Shown piece after piece: positions 27,501-45,500 of a DNA stretch of 52,202 bases. Source of the DNA: Eledone cirrhosa (lineage: Eukaryota); NCBI GenBank assembly GCA_964016885.1, contig CAXHJY010000186.1, positions 1 to 52,202 on the forward strand, read 5' to 3'. A program made the translations under genes and the position numbers. The notes beneath the pieces were generated by a model. The model was given only the letters and a program-made list of their open reading frames with translations. It searched no databases and was not told the origin of the DNA. Every line of letters begins with the position of its first letter. Within the stretch, counting starts at the first letter, position 1.

Positions 27501-30500
27501 AACCAACAACAAAACGCTATCACCACCACCATCAACAACAACATCATCATCATAACCAACAACAAAACCCTATCACCACCACCATCAATAACAACATCAT
27601 CACCACAACCAACAACAACATATTCACCACAACCAACGACAACATCATCATCACAACCAACAACAAAACCCTATCACCACCACCATCAACAACAACGTCA
27701 TGACAACAACCAACAACAAAACCTGTCACCACCACCATCAACAACCACATCATCAGAACAACCAACAACAAAACCCTATCACCACCACCATCAACAACAA
27801 CATCATCACAACAACCAACAACAAAACACTATCACCACCACCATCAACAATAACATCATCACAACAACCAACAACAATACCCTACCACCACCAACATCAA
27901 CAACAACATCATCACAACAACCAACAACAAAACCCTATCACAACCACCATCAACAACAACATCATCACAACAACCAACAACAAAACCCTATCACCACCAC
28001 CATCAACAACAACATCATCATCACAACCAACAATAAAACCCTATCACAACCACCATCAACAACAACATCATCATCACAACCAACAACAAAACCCTATCAC
28101 CACCACCATCAACAACAAAATCATCACAACAACCAACAACAAAACCCTATCACCTCCACCATCAACAACAAACATCATCACAACCAACAACAAAACCCTA
28201 TCACCACCACCATTAACAACAACAACATCATCACAACTAACAACAAAACCCTATCACCACCACCATCACAAACATCATCACAACAACCAACAACTAAACC
28301 CTATCACCACCACCATCAACAACAACATCATCACAACAACCAACAACAAAACCCTATCACCACCACCATCAACAACATCATCACCACAATCAACAACAAA
28401 ACCCTATCACCACCACCATCAACAACACCATCATCACAACAATCAACAACAACATCATCACCACAAACAACAACAAAACACTATCATCACCACCATCAAC
28501 AAAAACATCATCACAACAACCAACAACAAAACACTATCATCACCACCATCAACAACAACATCATCACAACAACCAACAACAAAACGCTATCACCACCACC
28601 ATCAACAACAACATCATCATCATAACCAACAACAAAACCCTATCACCACCACCATCAATAACAACATCATCACCACAACCAACAACAACATATTCACCAC
28701 AACCAACGACAACATCATCATCACAACCAACAACAAAACCCTATCACCACCACCATCAACAACAACGTCATGACAACAACCAACAACAAAACCTATCACC
28801 ACCACCATCAAAAGCAAAAACATCATCACAACCAACAACAAAACCCTATCACCACCACCATCAACAACCACATCATCAGAACAACCAACAACAAAACCCT
28901 ATGACCACCACCATCAACAATAACATCATCAAAACAAACAACAACAAAACCCTATCACCACCACCATCAACAACAACATCATCACCACAACCAACAACAA
29001 AACCCTATCACCACCACCATCAACAACAACATCATCACAACAACCAACAACAAAACACTATCACCACCACCATCAACAATAACATCATCACAACAACCAA
29101 CAACAATACCCTACCACCACCACCATCAACAACAACATCATCACAACAACCAACAACAAAACCCTATCACCACCACCATCAACAACAACATCATCATCAC
29201 AACCAACAACAAAACCCTATCACCACCACCATCAACAACAACATCATCACAACAACCAACAACAAAACACTATCACCATCACCATCAACAACATCATCAT
29301 CATCACGACCAACAAGTAAACCCTATCACCACCACCATCAACAAAAACATCATCACAACAACCAACAACAAAACACTATCACCATCACCATCAACAACAT
29401 CATCATCATCACGACCAACAAGTAAACCCTATCACCACCACCATCAACAAAAACATCATCACCACAACCAACAACAAAACCCTATCACCACCATCATCAA
29501 CAAAAACATCATCACAACAACCAACAACAAAACCCGATCACCACCACCATCAACAACAACATCATCACCACAACCAACAACAAAACCCTATCACCACCAC
29601 CACCAACAACAACATCATCACAACAACCAACAACAAAACCCTATCACCACCACCATCAACAACAACATCATCATCACAACCAACAACAAAACCCTATCAC
29701 CACCACCATCAACAACAAAATCATCACAACAACCAACAACAAAACCCTATCACCACCACCATCAACAACATCATCACAACAACCAACAACTAAACCCTAT
29801 CACCACCACCATCAACAAAAAAATCATCACAACAACCAACAACAAAACCCTATCACCACCACCATCAACAACATCATCATCACAACCAATAACAAAACCC
29901 TATCACCTCCACCAACAATAACATCATCAAAACATCCAACAACAAAACCCTATCACCATCACCATCAACAACATCATCATCACAACAACCAACAATAAAA
30001 CCCTATCACCACCACCATCAACAACAATATCATCACAACAACCAACAACAAAACCCTATCACCAAGACCATCAACAACAACATCATCACAACCAACAACA
30101 AAACACTATCACCACCACCAATAACAACATCATCATCACAACCAACAACAAAACCCTATCACCACCACCATCAACAACAACATCATCACAACAACCAACA
30201 ACAAATCCCTATCACCACCACCATCAACAACAACATCATCACCACAATCAACAACAAAACCCTATCACCACCACCATCAACAACAACATCATCACCACAA
30301 TCAACAACAAAACCCTATCACCACCACCATCAACAACAACATCATCACCACAATCAACAACAAAACCCTATCACCACCACCATCAACAACAACATCATCA
30401 CTACAAACAACAGCAAAACCCTATCACCACCACCATCAAGAACCATATCAACACAACAACCAACAACAAAACCCTATCACCACCACCATCAACAACAACA

Positions 30501-33500
30501 TCATCACAACAACAAACAACAAAAGACTATCATCACCACCATCAACAACAACATCATCACAACAACCAACAACAAAACCCTATCACCACCACCATCAACA
30601 ACAACATCATCATCACAACCAACAACAAAACCCTATCACCACCACCATCAACAACAACATCATCACAACAACCAACAACAAAACACTATCACCATCACCA
30701 TCAACAACATCATCATCATCACGACCAACAAGTAAACCCTATCACCACCACCATCAACAAAAACATCATCACAACAACCAACAACAAAACCCTATCACCA
30801 TCACCATCAACAACATCATCACAACAACCAACAAAATCCTATCACCACCACCATCAACAACAACATCATCACCACAACCAACAACAAAACCCTATCACCA
30901 CCATCATCAACAAAAACATATTAACAACAACCAACAACAAAAACCGATCACCACCACCATCAACAACAACATCATCACCACAACCAACAACAAAACCCTA
31001 TCACCACCCCCACCAACAACAACATCATCACAACAACCAACAACAAAACCCTATCACCACCACCATCAACAACAACATCATCATCACAACCAACAACAAA
31101 ACCCTATCACCACCACCATCAACAACAAAATCATCACAACAACCAACAACAAAACCCTATCACCACTACCATCAACAACATCATCACAACAACCAACAAC
31201 TAAACACTATCACCACCACCATCAACAAAAAAATCATCACAACAACCAACAACAAAACCCTATCACCACCACCATCAACAACATCATCATCACAACCAAT
31301 AACAAAACCCTATCACCTCCACCATCAACAACATCATCACAACAACCAACAACAAAACACTATCATCACCACCATCAACAATAACATCATCAAAACATCC
31401 AACAACAAAACCCTATCACCATCACCATCAACAACATCATCATCACAACAACCAACAATAAAACCCTATCACCACCACCATCAACAACAACATCATCACA
31501 ACAACCAACAACAAAACCCTATCACCAAGACCATCAACAACAACATCATCACAACCAACAACAAAACCCTATCACCACCACCAATAACAACATCATCATC
31601 ACAACCAACAACAAAACCCTATCACCACCACCATCAACAACAACATCATCACAACAACCAACAACAAATCCCTATCACCACCACCATCAACAACAACATC
31701 ATCACCACAATCAACAACAAAACCCTATCACCACCACCATCAACAACAACATCATCACCACAATCAACAACAAAACCCTATCACCACCACCATCAACAAC
31801 AACATCATCACCACAATCAACAACAAAACCCTATCACCACCACCATCAACAACAACATCATCACCACAATCAACAGCAAAACCCTATCACCACCACCATC
31901 AAGAACCATATCAACACAACAACCAACAACAAAACCCTATCACCACCACCATCAACAACAACATCATCACAACAACAAACAACAAAAGACTATCATCACC
32001 ACCATCAACAACAACATCATCACAACAACCAACAACAAAACCCTATCACCACCACCATCAACAACATCATCATCACAACACCCAACAACAAAACCCTATC
32101 ACCACCACCATCAACAACAACATAATCACAACAACCAACAACAAAACCCTATCACCACCACCATCAACAACAACATCATCATCACAAACAACAACAAAAC
32201 CCTATCACCACCACCATCAACAACAACATCATCATCACAACCAACAACAAAACCCTATCACAACCACCATCAACAACAACATCATCACAACAACCAACAA
32301 TAAAACCTCATCACAACCACCATCAACAACAACATCATCACAACAACCAACAACAAAACCCTATCACAACCACCATCAACAACAACATCATCACAACAAC
32401 CAACAACAAAACCCTATCACCACCACCATCAACAACAACATCATCATCACAACCAACAATAAAACCCTATCACAACCACCATCAACAACAACATCATCAT
32501 CACAACCAACAACAAAACCCTATCACCACCACCATCAACAACAAAATCATCACAACAACCAACAACAAAACCCTATCACCTCCACCATCAACAACAAACA
32601 TCATCACAACCAACAACAAAACCCTATCACCACCACCATTAACAACAACAACATCATCACAACTAACAACAAAACCCTATCACCACCACCATCAACAACA
32701 TCATCACAACAACCAACAACTAAACCCTATCACCACCACCATCAACAACAACATCATCACAACAACCAACAACAAGACCCTATCACCACCACCATCAACA
32801 ACATCATCACCACAATCAACAACAAAACCCTATCACCACCACCATCAACAACACCATCATCACAACAATCAACAACAACATCATCACCACAAACAACAAC
32901 AAAACACTATCATCACCACCATCAACAAAAACATCATCACAACAACCAACAACAAAACACTATCATCACCACCATCAACAACAACATCATCACAACAACC
33001 AACAACAAAACGCTATCACCACCACCATCAACAACAACATCATCATCATAACCAACAACAAAACCCTATCACCACCACCATCAATAACAACATCATCACC
33101 ACAACCAACAACAACATATTCACCACAACCAACGACAACATCATCATCACAACCAACAACAAAACCCTATCACCACCACCATCAACAACAACGTCATGAC
33201 AACAACCAACAACAAAACCTATCACCACCACCATCAAAAGCAAAAACATCATCACAACCAACAACAAAACCCTATCACCACCACCATCAACAACCACATC
33301 ATCAGAACAACCAACAACAAAACCCTATGACCACCACCATCAACAATAACATCATCAAAACAAACAACAACAAAACCCTATCACCACCACCATCAACAAC
33401 AACATCATCACCACAACCAACAACAAAACCCTATCACCACCACCATCAACAACAACATCATCACAACAACCAACAACAAAACACTATCACCACCACCATC

Positions 33501-36500
33501 AACAATAACATCATCACAACAACCAACAACAATACCCTACCACCACCACCATCAACAACAACATCATCACAACAACCAACAACAAAACCCTATCACCACC
33601 ACCATCAACAACAACATCATCATCACAACCAACAACAAAACCCTATCACCACCACCATCAACAACAACATCATCACAACAACCAACAACAAAACACTATC
33701 ACCATCACCATCAACAACATCATCATCATCACGACCAACAAGTAAACCCTATCACCACCACCATCAACAAAAACATCATCACAACAACCAACAACAAAAC
33801 CCTATCACCATCACCATCAACAACATCATCACAACAACCAACAAAACCCTATCACCACCACCATCAACAACAACATCATCACCACAACCAACAACAAAAC
33901 CCTATCACCACCATCATCAACAAAAACATCATCACAACAACCAACAACAAAACCCGATCACCACCACCATCAACAACAACATCATCACCACAACCAACAA
34001 CAAAACCCTATCACCACCACCACCAACAACAACATCATCACAACAACCAACAACAAAACCCTATCACCACCATCATCAACAACAACATCATCATCACAAC
34101 CAACAACAAAACCCTATCACCACCACCATCAACAACAACATCATCACAACAACCAACAACAAAACACTATCACCATCACCATCAACAACATCATCATCAT
34201 CACGACCAACAAGTAAACCCTATCACCACCACCATCAACAAAAACATCATCACAACAACCAACAACAAAACCCTATCACCATCACCATCAACAACATCAT
34301 CACAACAACCAACAAAACCCTATCACCACCACCATCAACAACAACATCATCACCACAACCAACAACAAAACCCTATCACCACCATCATCAACAAAAACAT
34401 CATCACAACAACCAACAACAAAACCCGATCACCACCACCATCAACAACAACATCATCACCACAACCAACAACAAAACCCTATCACCACCACCACCAACAA
34501 CAACATCATCACAACAACCAACAACAAAACCCTATCACCACCACCATCAACAACAACATCATCACAACAACCAACAACAAAACCCTATCACCACCACCAT
34601 CAACAACAACATCATCATCACAACCAACAACAAAACCCTATCACCACCACCATCAACAACAACATCATCACAACAACCAACAACAAAACACTATCACCAT
34701 CACCATCAACAACATCATCATCATCACGACCAACAAGTAAACCCTATCACCACCACCATCAACAAAAACATCATCACAACAACCAACAACAAAACCCTAT
34801 CACCATCACCATCAACAACATCATCACAACAACCAACAAAACCCTATCACCACCACCATCAACAACAACATCATCACCACAACCAACAACAAAACCCTAT
34901 CACCACCATCATCAACAAAAACATCATCACAACAACCAACAACAAAACCCGATCACCACCACCATCAACAACAACATCATCACCACAACCAACAACAAAA
35001 CCCTATCACCACCACCACCAACAACAACATCATCACAACAACCAACAACAAAACCCTATCACCACCACCATCAACAACAACATCATCATCACAACCAACA
35101 ACAAAACCCTATCACCACCACCATCAACAACAAAATCATCACAACAACCAACAACAAAACACTATCACCACCACCATCAACAACATCATCACAACAACCA
35201 ACAACTAAACCCTATCACCACCACCATCAAAAAAAAAATCATCACAACAACCAACAACAAAACCCTATCACCACCACCATCAACAACAACATCATCACAG
35301 CAACCAACAACAAAACCCTATCACCACCATCATCAACAAAAACATCATCACAACAACCAACAACAAAACCCGATCACCACCACCATCAACAACAACATCA
35401 TCACAACCAACAACAAACCCTATCACCACCACCATCAACAACAACATCATCATCACAAACAACAACAAAAGACTATCACCACCACCATCAACAACAACAT
35501 AACCACAACAACCAACAACAAAACCCTATCACCACCACCATCAACAACAACATCATCATCACAAACAACAATAAAACCCTATCACCACCACCATCAACAA
35601 CAACAACATCATCACAACTAACAACAAAACCCTATCACCACCACCATCAACAACATCATCACAACAACCAACAACTAAACCCTATCACCACCACCATCAA
35701 CAACAACATCATCACAACAACCAACAACAAAACCCTATCACCACCACCATCAACAACATCATCACCACAATCAACAACAAAACCCTATCACCACCACTAT
35801 CAACAACACCATCATCACAACAATCAACAACAACATCATCACCACAAACAACAACAAAATCCTATCTCCACCACCATCAACAAAAACATCATCACAACAA
35901 CCAACAACAAAACACTATCATCACCACAAATCAACAACAACATCATCACAACAACCAACAACAAAACGCTATCACCACCACCATCAACAACAACATCATC
36001 ATCATAACCAACAACAAAACCCTATCACCACCACCATCAATAACAACATCATCACCACAACCAACAACAACATATTCACCACAACCAACAACAACATCAT
36101 CATCACAACCAACAACAAAACCCTATCACCAACACCATCAACAACAACATCATGACAACAACCAACAACAAAACCTATCACCACCACCATCAACAACAAC
36201 ATCATCAACACAACCAACAACAAAACCCTATCACCACCACCATCAACAACAACATCATCACAACAACCAACAACAAAACCCTATCACCACCACCATCAAC
36301 AATAACATCATCACAACAACCAACAACAAAACCCTATCACCACCACCATCAACAACAACATCATCATCACAACCAACAACAAGACCCTATCACCACCACC
36401 ATCAACAACAACATCATCACAACAACCAACAACAAAACCCTATCACCACCACCATCAACAACAACATCATCATCACGACCAACAAGTAAACCCTATCACC

Positions 36501-39500
36501 AGCACCATCAACAACAACATCATCACAACAACCAACAACATAAAACCCTATCACCACCAACATCAACAAAAACATCATCACAACAACCAACAACAAAACC
36601 CTATCACCACCACCATCAACAACAACATCATCACAACAACCAACAAAAAACCCTATCACCACCACCACCAACAACAACATCATCATCACAACCAACAACA
36701 AAACCCTATCACCACCACCATCAACAACAACATCATCACAACAACCAACAACAAAACACTATCACCACCACCATCAACAACAACATCATCATCACAACCA
36801 ACAACAAGACCCTATCACCACCACCATCAACAACAACATCATCACAACAACCACCAACAAAACCCTATCACCACCACCATCAACAACAACATCATCATCA
36901 CAACCAACAACAAAACCCTGTCACCACCACCATCAACAACAACATCATCATCACAACCAACAACAAAACCCTATCACCACCACCATCAACAACAACATCA
37001 TCACAACAACCAACAACAAAACCCTATCACCACCACCATCAACAACAACATCATCACAACAACCAACAACAAAACCCTATCACCACCACCATCAACAACA
37101 ACATCATCACAACAACCAACAACAAAACCCTATCACCACCACCATCAACAACAACATCATCACAACATCCAACAACAAAACCCTATCACCACCATCAACA
37201 ACAACATCATCATCACAACCAACAACAAAACCCTATCACCACCACCATCAACAACAACATCATCACAACAACCAACAACAAAACCCTATCACCACCACCA
37301 CCAACAACAACATCATCATCACAACCAACAACAAAACCCTATCACCACCACCATCAACAACAACATCATCACAACAACCAACAACAAAACACTATCACCA
37401 TCACCATCAACAACATCATCATCATCACGACCAACAAGTAAACCCTATCACCACCACCATCAACAAAAACATCATCACAACAACCAACAACAAAACCCTA
37501 TCACCATCACCATCAACAACATCATCACAACAACCAACAAAACCCTATCACCACCACCATCAACAACAACATCATCACCACAACCAACAACAAAACCCTA
37601 TCACCACCATCATCAACAAAAACATCATCACAACAACCAACAACAAAACCCGATCACCACCACCATCAACAACAACATCATCACCACAACCAACAACAAA
37701 ACCCTATCACCACCACCACCAACAACAACATCATCACAACAACCAACAACAAAACCCTATCACCACCACCATCAACAACAACATCATCATCACAACCAAC
37801 AACAAAACCCTATCACCACCACCATCAACAACAAAATCATCACAACAACCAACAACAAAACACTATCACCACCACCATCAACAACATCATCACAACAACC
37901 AACAACTAAACCCTATCACCACCACCATCAAAAAAAAAATCATCACAACAACCAACAACAAAACCCTATCACCACCACCATCAACAACAACATCATCACA
38001 GCAACCAACAACAAAACCCTATCACCACCATCATCAACAAAAACATCATCACAACAACCAACAACAAAACCCGATCACCACCACCATCAACAACAACATC
38101 ATCACAACCAACAACAAACCCTATCACCACCACCATCAACAACAACATCATCATCACAAACAACAACAAAAGACTATCACCACCACCATCAACAACAACA
38201 TAACCACAACAACCAACAACAAAACCCTATCACCACCACCATCAACAACAACATCATCATCACAAACAACAATAAAACCCTATCACCACCACCATCAACA
38301 ACAACAACATCATCACAACTAACAACAAAACCCTATCACCACCACCATCAACAACATCATCACAACAACCAACAACTAAACCCTATCACCACCACCATCA
38401 ACAACAACATCATCACAACAACCAACAACAAAACCCTATCACCACCACCATCAACAACATCATCACCACAATCAACAACAAAACCCTATCACCACCACTA
38501 TCAACAACACCATCATCACAACAATCAACAACAACATCATCACCACAAACAACAACAAAATCCTATCTCCACCACCATCAACAAAAACATCATCACAACA
38601 ACCAACAACAAAACACTATCATCACCACAAATCAACAACAACATCATCACAACAACCAACAACAAAACGCTATCACCACCACCATCAACAACAACATCAT
38701 CATCATAACCAACAACAAAACCCTATCACCACCACCATCAATAACAACATCATCACCACAACCAACAACAACATATTCACCACAACCAACAACAACATCA
38801 TCATCACAACCAACAACAAAACCCTATCACCAACACCATCAACAACAACATCATGACAACAACCAACAACAAAACCTATCACCACCACCATCAACAACAA
38901 CATCATCAACACAACCAACAACAAAACCCTATCACCACCACCATCAACAACAACATCATCACAACAACCAACAACAAAACCCTATCACCACCACCATCAA
39001 CAATAACATCATCACAACAACCAACAACAAAACCCTATCACCACCACCATCAACAACAACATCATCATCACAACCAACAACAAGACCCTATCACCACCAC
39101 CATCAACAACAACATCATCACAACAACCAACAACAAAACCCTATCACCACCACCATCAACAACAACATCATCATCACGACCAACAAGTAAACCCTATCAC
39201 CAGCACCATCAACAACAACATCATCACAACAACCAACAACATAAAACCCTATCACCACCAACATCAACAAAAACATCATCACAACAACCAACAACAAAAC
39301 CCTATCACCACCACCATCAACAACAACATCATCACAACAACCAACAAAAAACCCTATCACCACCACCACCAACAACAACATCATCATCACAACCAACAAC
39401 AAAACCCTATCACCACCACCATCAACAACAACATCATCACAACAACCAACAACAAAACACTATCACCACCACCATCAACAACAACATCATCATCACAACC

Positions 39501-42500
39501 AACAACAAGACCCTATCACCACCACCATCAACAACAACATCATCACAACAACCACCAACAAAACCCTATCACCACCACCATCAACAACAACATCATCATC
39601 ACAACCAACAACAAAACCCTGTCACCACCACCATCAACAACAACATCATCATCACAACCAACAACAAAACCCTATCACCACCACCATCAACAACAACATC
39701 ATCACAACAACCAACAACAAAACCCTATCACCACCACCATCAACAACAACATCATCACAACAACCAACAACAAAACCCTATCACCACCACCATCAACAAC
39801 AACATCATCACAACAACCAACAACAAAACCCTATCACCACCACCATCAACAACAACATCATCACAACATCCAACAACAAAACCCTATCACCACCATCAAC
39901 AACAACATCATCATCACAACCAACAACAAAACCCTATCACCACCACCATCAACAACAACATCATCACAACAACCAACAACAAAACCCTATCACCACCACC
40001 ACCAACAACAACATCATCATCACAACCAACAACAAAACCCTATCACCACCACCATCAACAACAACATCATCACAACAACCAACAACAAAACACTATCACC
40101 ACCACCATCAACAACAACATCATCATCACAACCAACAACAAAACCCTATCACCACCACCATCAACAACAACATCATCACAACAACCAACAACAAAACCCT
40201 ATCACCACCACCATCAACAACAACATCATCATCACAACCAACAACAAAACCCTATCACCACCACCATCAACAACAACATCATCACAACATCCAACAACAA
40301 AACCCTATCACCACCATCAACAACAACATCATCATCACAACCAACAACAAAACCCTGTCACCACCACCATCAACAAAAACATCATCACAACAACCAACAA
40401 CAAAACCCTATCACCACCACCATCAACAACAACATCATCATCACAACCAACAACAAAACCCTATCACCACAACATCAACAAAAACATCATCACAACAACC
40501 AACAACAAAACCCTATCACCACCACCATCAACAACAACATCATCATCACAACCAACAACAAAACTCTATCACCATCACCATCAACAAAAACATCATCACA
40601 ACAACCAACAACAAAACCCTATCACCACCACCATCAACAACAACATCATCATCACAACCAACAACAAAACCCTATCACCACCACCATCAACAACAACATC
40701 ATCACAACAACCAACAACAAAACCCTATCACCACCACCATCAACAACAACATCATCATCACAACCAACAACAAAACCCTGTCACCACCACCATCAACAAC
40801 AACATCATCATCACAACCAACAACAAAACCCTATCACCACCACCATCAACAACAACATCATCACAACATCCAACAACAAAACCCTATCACCACCATCAAC
40901 AACAACATCATCATCACAACCAACAACAAAACCCTATCACCACCACCATCAACAACAACATCATCACAACAACCAACAACAAAACCCTATCACCACCACC
41001 ATCAACAAAAACATCATCACAACAACCAACAACAAAACCCTATCACCACCACCATCAACAACAACATCATCATCACAACCAACAACAAAACCCTATCACC
41101 ACCACCATCAACAACAACATCATCACAACAACCAACAACAAAACCCTATCACCACCACCATCAACAACAACATCATCATCACAACCAACAACAAAACCCT
41201 GTCACCACCACCATCATCAACAACATCATCCTTCACAACCAACAACAAAACCCTATCACCACCACCATCAACAACAACATCATCACAACATCCAACAACA
41301 AAACCCTATCACCACCATCAACAACAACATCATCATCACAACCAACAACAAAACCCTATCACCACCACCATCAACAACAACATCATCATCACAACCAACA
41401 ACAAAACCCTATCACCACCACCATCAACAACAACATCATCATCACAACCAACAACAAAACCCTATCACCACCACCATCAACAAAAACATCATCACAACAA
41501 CCAAAAACAAAACCCTATCACCACCACCATCAACAACAACATCATCGTCACAACCAACAACAAAACCCTGTCACCACCACCATCAACAACAACATCATCA
41601 TCAGAACCAACAACAAAACCCTATCACCACCACCATCAACAACAACATCATCACAACAACCAACAACAAAACCCTATCACCACCACCACCAACAACAACA
41701 TCATCATCACAACCAACAACAAAACCCTATCACCACCACCATCAACAACAACATCATCACAACAACCAACAACAAAACCCTATCACCACCACCATCAACA
41801 ACAACATCATCATCACAACCAACAACAAAACCCTATCACCACCACCATCAACAACAACATTATCACAACAACCAACAACAAAACCCTATCACCACCACCA
41901 TCAACAACAACATCATCATCACAACCAACAACAAAACCCTGTCACCACCACCATCAACAACAACATCATCATCACAACCAACAACAAAACCCTATCACCA
42001 CCACCATCAACAACAACATCATCACAACAACCAACAACAAAACCCTATCACCACCACCACCAACAACAACATCATCATCACAACCAACAACAAAACCCTA
42101 TCACCACCACCGTCAACAACAACATCATCACAACAACCAACAACAAAACACTATCACCACCACCATCAACAACAACATCATCATCACAACCAACAACAAA
42201 ACCCTATCACCACCACCATCAACAACAACATCATCACAACAACCAACAACAAAACCCTATCACCACCACCATCAACAACAACATCATATATCACAACCAA
42301 CAACAAAACCCTGTCACCACCACCATCAACAACAACATCATCATCACAACCAACAACAAAACCCTATCACCACCACCATCAACAACAACATCATCACAAC
42401 AACCAACAACAAAACCCTATCACCACCACCATCAACAACAACATCATCACAACAACCAACAACAAAACCCTATCACCACCACCATCAACAACAACATCAT

Positions 42501-45500
42501 CATCACAACCAACAACAAAACCCTGTCACCACCACCATCAACAACAACATCATCATCACAACCAACAACAAAACCCTATCACCACCACCATCAACAACAA
42601 CATCATCACAACAACCAACAACAAAACCCTATCACCACCACCATCAACAACAACATCATCACAACAACCAACAACAAAACCCTATCACCACCACCATCAA
42701 CAACAACATCATCACAACAACCAACAACAAAACCCTATCACCACCACCATCAACAACAACATCATCACAACATCAAACAACAAAACCCTATCACCACCAT
42801 CAACAACAACATCATCATCACAACCAACAACAAAACCCTATCACCACCACCATCAACAACAACATCATCACAACAACCAACAACAAAACCCTATCACCAC
42901 CACCACCAACAACAACATCATCACAACAACCAACAACAAAACCCTATCACCACCACCATCAACAAAATCATCATCACAACAACCAACAACAAAACCCTAT
43001 CACCACCACCATCAACAACAACATCATCGCAACAACCAACAAAAAACCCTATCACCACCACCACCAACAACAACATCATCATCACAACCAACAACAAAAC
43101 CCTATCACCACCACCATCAACAACAACATCATCACAACAACCAACAACAAAACACTATCACCACCACCATCAACAACAACATCATCATCACAACCAACAA
43201 CAAGACCCTATCACCACCACCATCAACAACAACATCATCACAACAACCACCAACAAAACCCTATCACCACCACCATCAACAACAACATCATCATCACAAC
43301 CAACAACAAAACCCTGTCACCTCCACCATCAACAACAACATCATCATCACAACCAACAACAAAACCCTATCACCACCACCATCAACAACAACATCATCAC
43401 AACAACCAACAACAAAACCCTATCACCACCACCATCAACAACAACATCATCACAACAACCAACAACAAAACCCTATCACCACCACCATCAACAACAACAT
43501 CATCACAACAACCAACAACAAAACCCTATCACCACCACCATCAACAACAACATCATCACAACATCCAACAACAAAACCCTATCACCACCATCAACAACAA
43601 CATCATCATCACAACCAACAACAAAACCCTATCACCACCACCATCAACAACAACATCATCACAACAACCAACAACAAAACCCTATCACCACCACCACCAA
43701 CAACAACATCATCATCACAACCAACAACAAAACCCTATCACCACCACCATCAACAACAACATCATCACAACAACCAACAACAAAACACTATCACCACCAC
43801 CATCAACAACAACATCATCATCACAACCAACAACAAAACCCTATCACCACCACCATCAACAACAACATCATCACAACAACCAACAACAAAACCCTATCAC
43901 CACCACCATCAACAACAACATCATCATCACAACCAACAACAAAACCCTATCACCACCACCATCAACAACAACATCATCACAACATCCAACAACAAAACCC
44001 TATCACCACCATCAACAACAACATCATCATCACAACCAACAACAAAACCCTGTCACCACCACCATCAACAAAAACATCATCACAACAACCAACAACAAAA
44101 CCCTATCACCACCACCATCAACAACAACATCATCATCACAACCAACAACAAAACTCTATCACCACCACCATCAACAAAAACATCATCACAACAACCAACA
44201 ACAAAACCCTATCACCACCACCATCAACAACAACATCATCATCACAACCAACAACAAAACCCTATCACCACCACCATCAACAACAACATCATCACAACAA
44301 CCAACAACAAAACCCTATCACCACCACCATCAACAACAACATCATCATCACAACCAACAACAAAACCCTGTCACCACCACCATCAACAACAACATCATCA
44401 TCACAACCAACAACAAAACCCTATAACCACCACCATCAACAACAACATCATCACAACATCCAACAACAAAACCCTATCACCACCATCAACAACAACATCA
44501 TCATCACAACCAACAACAAAACCCTATCACCACCACCATCAACAACAACATCATCACAACAACCAACAACAAAACCCTATCACCACCACCATCAACAAAA
44601 ACATCATCACAACAACCAACAACAAAACACTATCACCACCACCATCAACAACAACATCATCATCACAACCAACAACAAAACCCTATCACCACCACCATCA
44701 ACAACAACATCATCACAACAACCAACAACAAAACCCTATCACCACCACCATCAACAACAACATCATCATCACAACCAACAACAAAACCCTGTCACCACCA
44801 CCATCATCAACAACATCATCATCACAACCAACAACAAAACCCTATCACCACCACCATCAACAACAACATCATCACAACATCCAACAACAAAACCCTATCA
44901 CCACCATCAACAACAACATCATCATCACAACCAACAACAAAACCCTATCACCACCACCATCAACAAAAACATCATCACAACAACCAAAAACAAAACCCTA
45001 TCACCACCACCATCAACAACAACATCATCATCACAACCAACAACAAAACCCTGTCACCACCACCATCAACAACAACATCATCATCAGAACCAACAACAAA
45101 ACCCTATCACCACCACCATCAACAACAACATCATCACAACAACCAACAACAAAACCCTATCACCACCACCACCAACAACAACATCATCATCACAACCAAC
45201 AACAAAACCCTATCACCACCACCATCAACAACAACATCATCACAACAACCAACAACAAAACCCTATCACCACCACCATCAACAACAACATCATCATCACA
45301 ACCAACAACAAAACCCTATCACCACCACCATCAACAACAACATCATCACAACAACCAAAAACAAAACCCTATCACCACCACCATCAACAACAACATCATC
45401 ATCACAACCAACAACAAAACCCTGTCACCACCACCATCAACAACAACATCATCATCACAACCAACAACAAAACCCTATCACCACCACCATCAACAACAAC

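Noticed and set aside
38853-44426. 1857-aa ORF and the other long + strand ORFs in satellite C as genes
   Set aside because: Openness follows from a G-free unit. The ATGs are sporadic point variants, and there are no domains or unique termini.
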